From Macrostomum lignano (taxonomy: Eukaryota), in NCBI GenBank assembly GCA_002269645.1, contig NIVC01003821.1, positions 1 to 40,483 of the forward strand: a stretch of DNA of 40,483 nt, read 5' to 3'. The notes under the pieces were generated by a model. That model was not told the DNA's origin. It worked only from the letters and a program-made list of their open reading frames with translations, and ran no database searches. A program made the position numbers and the translations under genes. Of this stretch, positions 37,905-40,483 are shown in pieces. The stretch's first letter is position 1. Every line of letters starts with the position of its first letter.

Positions 37905-38445
37905 CAATATATTTTTTAAGAGTCTGAAAGATGTTTTAAGTTTCTGATATGTACTTTACAGAGTAATAAATATTTTATAGAGTCTGACAGGCATTTTAAA
38001 GGATTTGATGGGTATTTTACATGGTCTGACAGGTGTTTTACAGGGTTTAACAGACATTTTAAGAGTCTGCCAGGTATTTTTCAGGGTCTGACAGGTATTT
38101 TGCAGGTTTCACATGTATTTTACAGATTTTACAGGTATTTAACAGGGTGTGACACATTTTATAGATGCTGACAGGTATCTAACAGGATGTGACACATTTT
38201 ATAGATGCTGACAGGTATTTTACAGTGTCTGAGAGATATTTTACAGAGGCTGACAGGTTTTTTACAGAGACTGACAGGTATTTTACAGAGGCTGACAGGT
38301 ATTTAACAGGGTTTGACAGGTATTTTACAGAGGCTGACAGGTATTTCAAAGGGTCTGACAAGGTATTTAACGGGGTCTGACAGATATTTTACCGGGTCTG
38401 ACAGGTATTTAACAGGGTCTGACAGGTATTTCGTGTCTGACAGAC
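37905..38445 (+). repeat. Degenerate 21-bp tandem repeat (CTGACAGGTATTTTACAGGGT)n
   Basis: Recurring CTGACAGGTATTT with high divergence. Confidence 0.85.
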
Positions 38446-38619
38446 CATTTACTTATAGGATCTAACAAGCAGCTGTAAGGGTGGCATCGATTTTTTGTAA
38501 AATTCGTATGGAAGTCAGTTAAAAAAGTTTCGCTTTAAGCATGGTAGTTTTTGCTTTTTGTATTAGATAAGAAAATCTCTTATCTTTCATCTTTTCCTCA
38601 TTCGCATCTGTCCTCACAG

Positions 38620-38669
38620 AGAACCCGCCCGTTAATTCAAAGTGGAGCAAAAGGGGGCGGGCAGCCGGC
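38620..38669 (+). CDS. Candidate 50-nt exon (xNPPVNSKWSKRGRAAG), phase 1 to 0
   Basis: Long polypyrimidine tract ending TCCTCACAG, GGC|GTGAGT donor and an open frame. Confidence 0.33.
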
Positions 38670-40249
38670 GTGAGTGTTGAGCAAAAAACTTCTTGTCGCT
38701 AAGGGTCCACTTTTTTCTCTTTCTCTGGCTTTCTTTGAAGCTATAATTGAGCAATATTCTCTTCTAGAGAGCGGTTCTTCGAAAAAGGATGCTGCAATGC
38801 CCTGTTCTGTTCCGCCTTCATCAACTTGGACTTGGGATGGGTTGGGCCGAAGCGATCGGAAAGGAGCTCAACTTTTTTTGGCCGCTGTCCAAAGCCAAGG
38901 GGCCAAGAGCTGAATGTTGAATTTATGATGGCGAGAGCGATTCCCCCCTCGGCACTGCTACTTTGCATAACAATATCCTTGACCAGCCAGCCCCCTGCTG
39001 GCTTTGAGGCTCTGGTGAAAAATAATTCTTTAAATTACTCCCCAAGGATCGACTGTTGCGAGCGAGGGACAGCGGTTTGATGGGGGGGGGAATAGAGCGG
39101 TCGCTGGACGTTAATGAAAGAAATAGAGATGACGGATGTTGGCCCACCTCTGTTCTGATCAGTTTAGGATGAGACAGATAGGAGGCTGACGGCATGGCTG
39201 TGGGCACCCGGCCAAGCCTCTTGTTTGATACAACCTGGGCTATTGAACTCTAGCTAACATCTCTCTCTCTCTCCAAAAAATATCATCGCAGAATGCCTTC
39301 CGTTAGGATTCTCAATGCGCACGGGCGGGTCATTGAGCCAAAACAAGGGTCGGCCTGAGTATTACGTAACATGTGGATATATACACACACACCCCTACAA
39401 CTCAAAACGTCCCACTCCACCTAGAATCCAAAGCAGCGGTGCTGGCCATTTCCTTTGTCGGATGGTGGAGGAGGCGTCATCGCATACGCCAGCTTCCTTC
39501 TCTCCCTATATCTCTCTCCTCTCTCTCCCTGCCTCGCGCTCTCCTATCCTGCATTCACTGCTTTGGCCTTATCTTGATATATCCTTCCCTATATGGATAA
39601 GGCTGTAGCCTGACTAACGCTATCCTGGTCTCCCAACCCCATTCTACCAGCTACCTGCGCCGTGTTTCTGTAGCTCTTTACCCTACTGCTACAGTTGCCA
39701 ATAGGTTTTTTGTTGGTAACTGAAGAGAGAATGGGGCCGGGCTGGCTACCTTAGGTTAAGTTTCTCTCCAAGCAGGTGGAGAAGGTGGGATAAAGGGGAA
39801 GATTATCCCCGAGCGGTCTGTGTTGAACCTGTCAGCGCTCTGCCTATCTGGCTTGTGTTTTTTAAAGCTGTATATAGATCTGCGACTACTACCAGGTAAT
39901 ACCAATACCGACTACCCTCGCCCCCCCCCATACCCCGTGTTTCATGCGGTATTCCGTCTGCAGGGGAGATTCTTGCCAACCCGAAGCTCGAATCTTTGCT
40001 GGCGAAGAAGCGCTGCTAGAATCCTCTTTATATAGCAAAAATGATGGCTAAAGGCCCGTCAGGGGGCGCCGGGGGCTCTGCGGCTCGCATCTTCGAACTA
40101 ATAAATCAAAATGTTGTGAGGCAATGCCAACCCACTGGCTGGCCCCGGCCTTAGCTGTAATTAATTAGCCTGGGCATTGGGCTTGCCTTCTCCTGTGGCT
40201 TTGCTCTGCGGCTTCTTGTTACCCAATATATACCCAGTATCTCACTCTG

Positions 40250-40483
40250 CATCTGTCTGTTTTTCTGTGCTGTTCTCTTGTGTTCGTTCTCTTACTGCCG
40301 GGGTAATCTGTGTCCGCCTGTCTGTGTCTGTCTTTATGTGTTTGCATTTCTGTGTCTGCCTTTCTGTGTCTGCCTTTATGTGTTTGTTTGTCTATGCCTG
40401 CCTGTCTGTGTCCGCCTGTCTGTCTGTCTGTGTCTGCCTGTCCGTCTGTTTGTCTATGTCTGCCTTTCTGTGTCTGCCGTTTC
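40250..40483 (+). repeat. Degenerate (TGTC)n/(TG)n low-complexity tract, running off the window edge
   Basis: Direct reading. Confidence 0.85.

Noticed and set aside
38925-39080. Signal-peptide-like MARAIPPSALLLCITISLTSQ as a first exon
   Set aside because: Short hydrophobic stretch, weak donor, and no supporting promoter or downstream exon. Compatible with chance.

Overview
Eukaryotic, probably invertebrate animal, genomic DNA. GC-rich coding islands lie in AT-rich, very tandem-repeat-rich non-coding sequence. This resembles a free-living flatworm such as Macrostomum, but that is inference only. Two genes are well supported and face each other: an alpha-tubulin (+, ATG at 6488, 87-nt intron right after the ATG, stop at 7930) and a mitochondrial ribosomal protein S17-like gene (-, 10640..10104). 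Roughly a third of the window, estimated by eye, is about 16 different micro/minisatellite arrays with units of 4-42 bp. These arrays explain almost all long ORFs in the ORF track, and none is a CRISPR array. At 18.25-19.9 kb there is a three-layer transposon nest: a hAT element with an 8-bp TSD, containing an Ac-like hAT remnant with a decayed dimerisation-domain fragment, containing a Mutator-type MITE with a 9-bp TSD. The most interesting signals are: (1) the MITE's 16-bp subterminal unit is 15/16 identical to the monomer of a 1.9-kb satellite 4 kb downstream, which has indel-free higher-order repeats; (2) several short, phase-compatible candidate exons, one Ig-like, may form a hidden + strand gene threaded through the satellites; (3) a cluster of RFX/X-box-like motifs lies upstream of the tubulin. 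I see no convincing novel multi-gene system. All homology calls are from recognition of motifs, not database searches.
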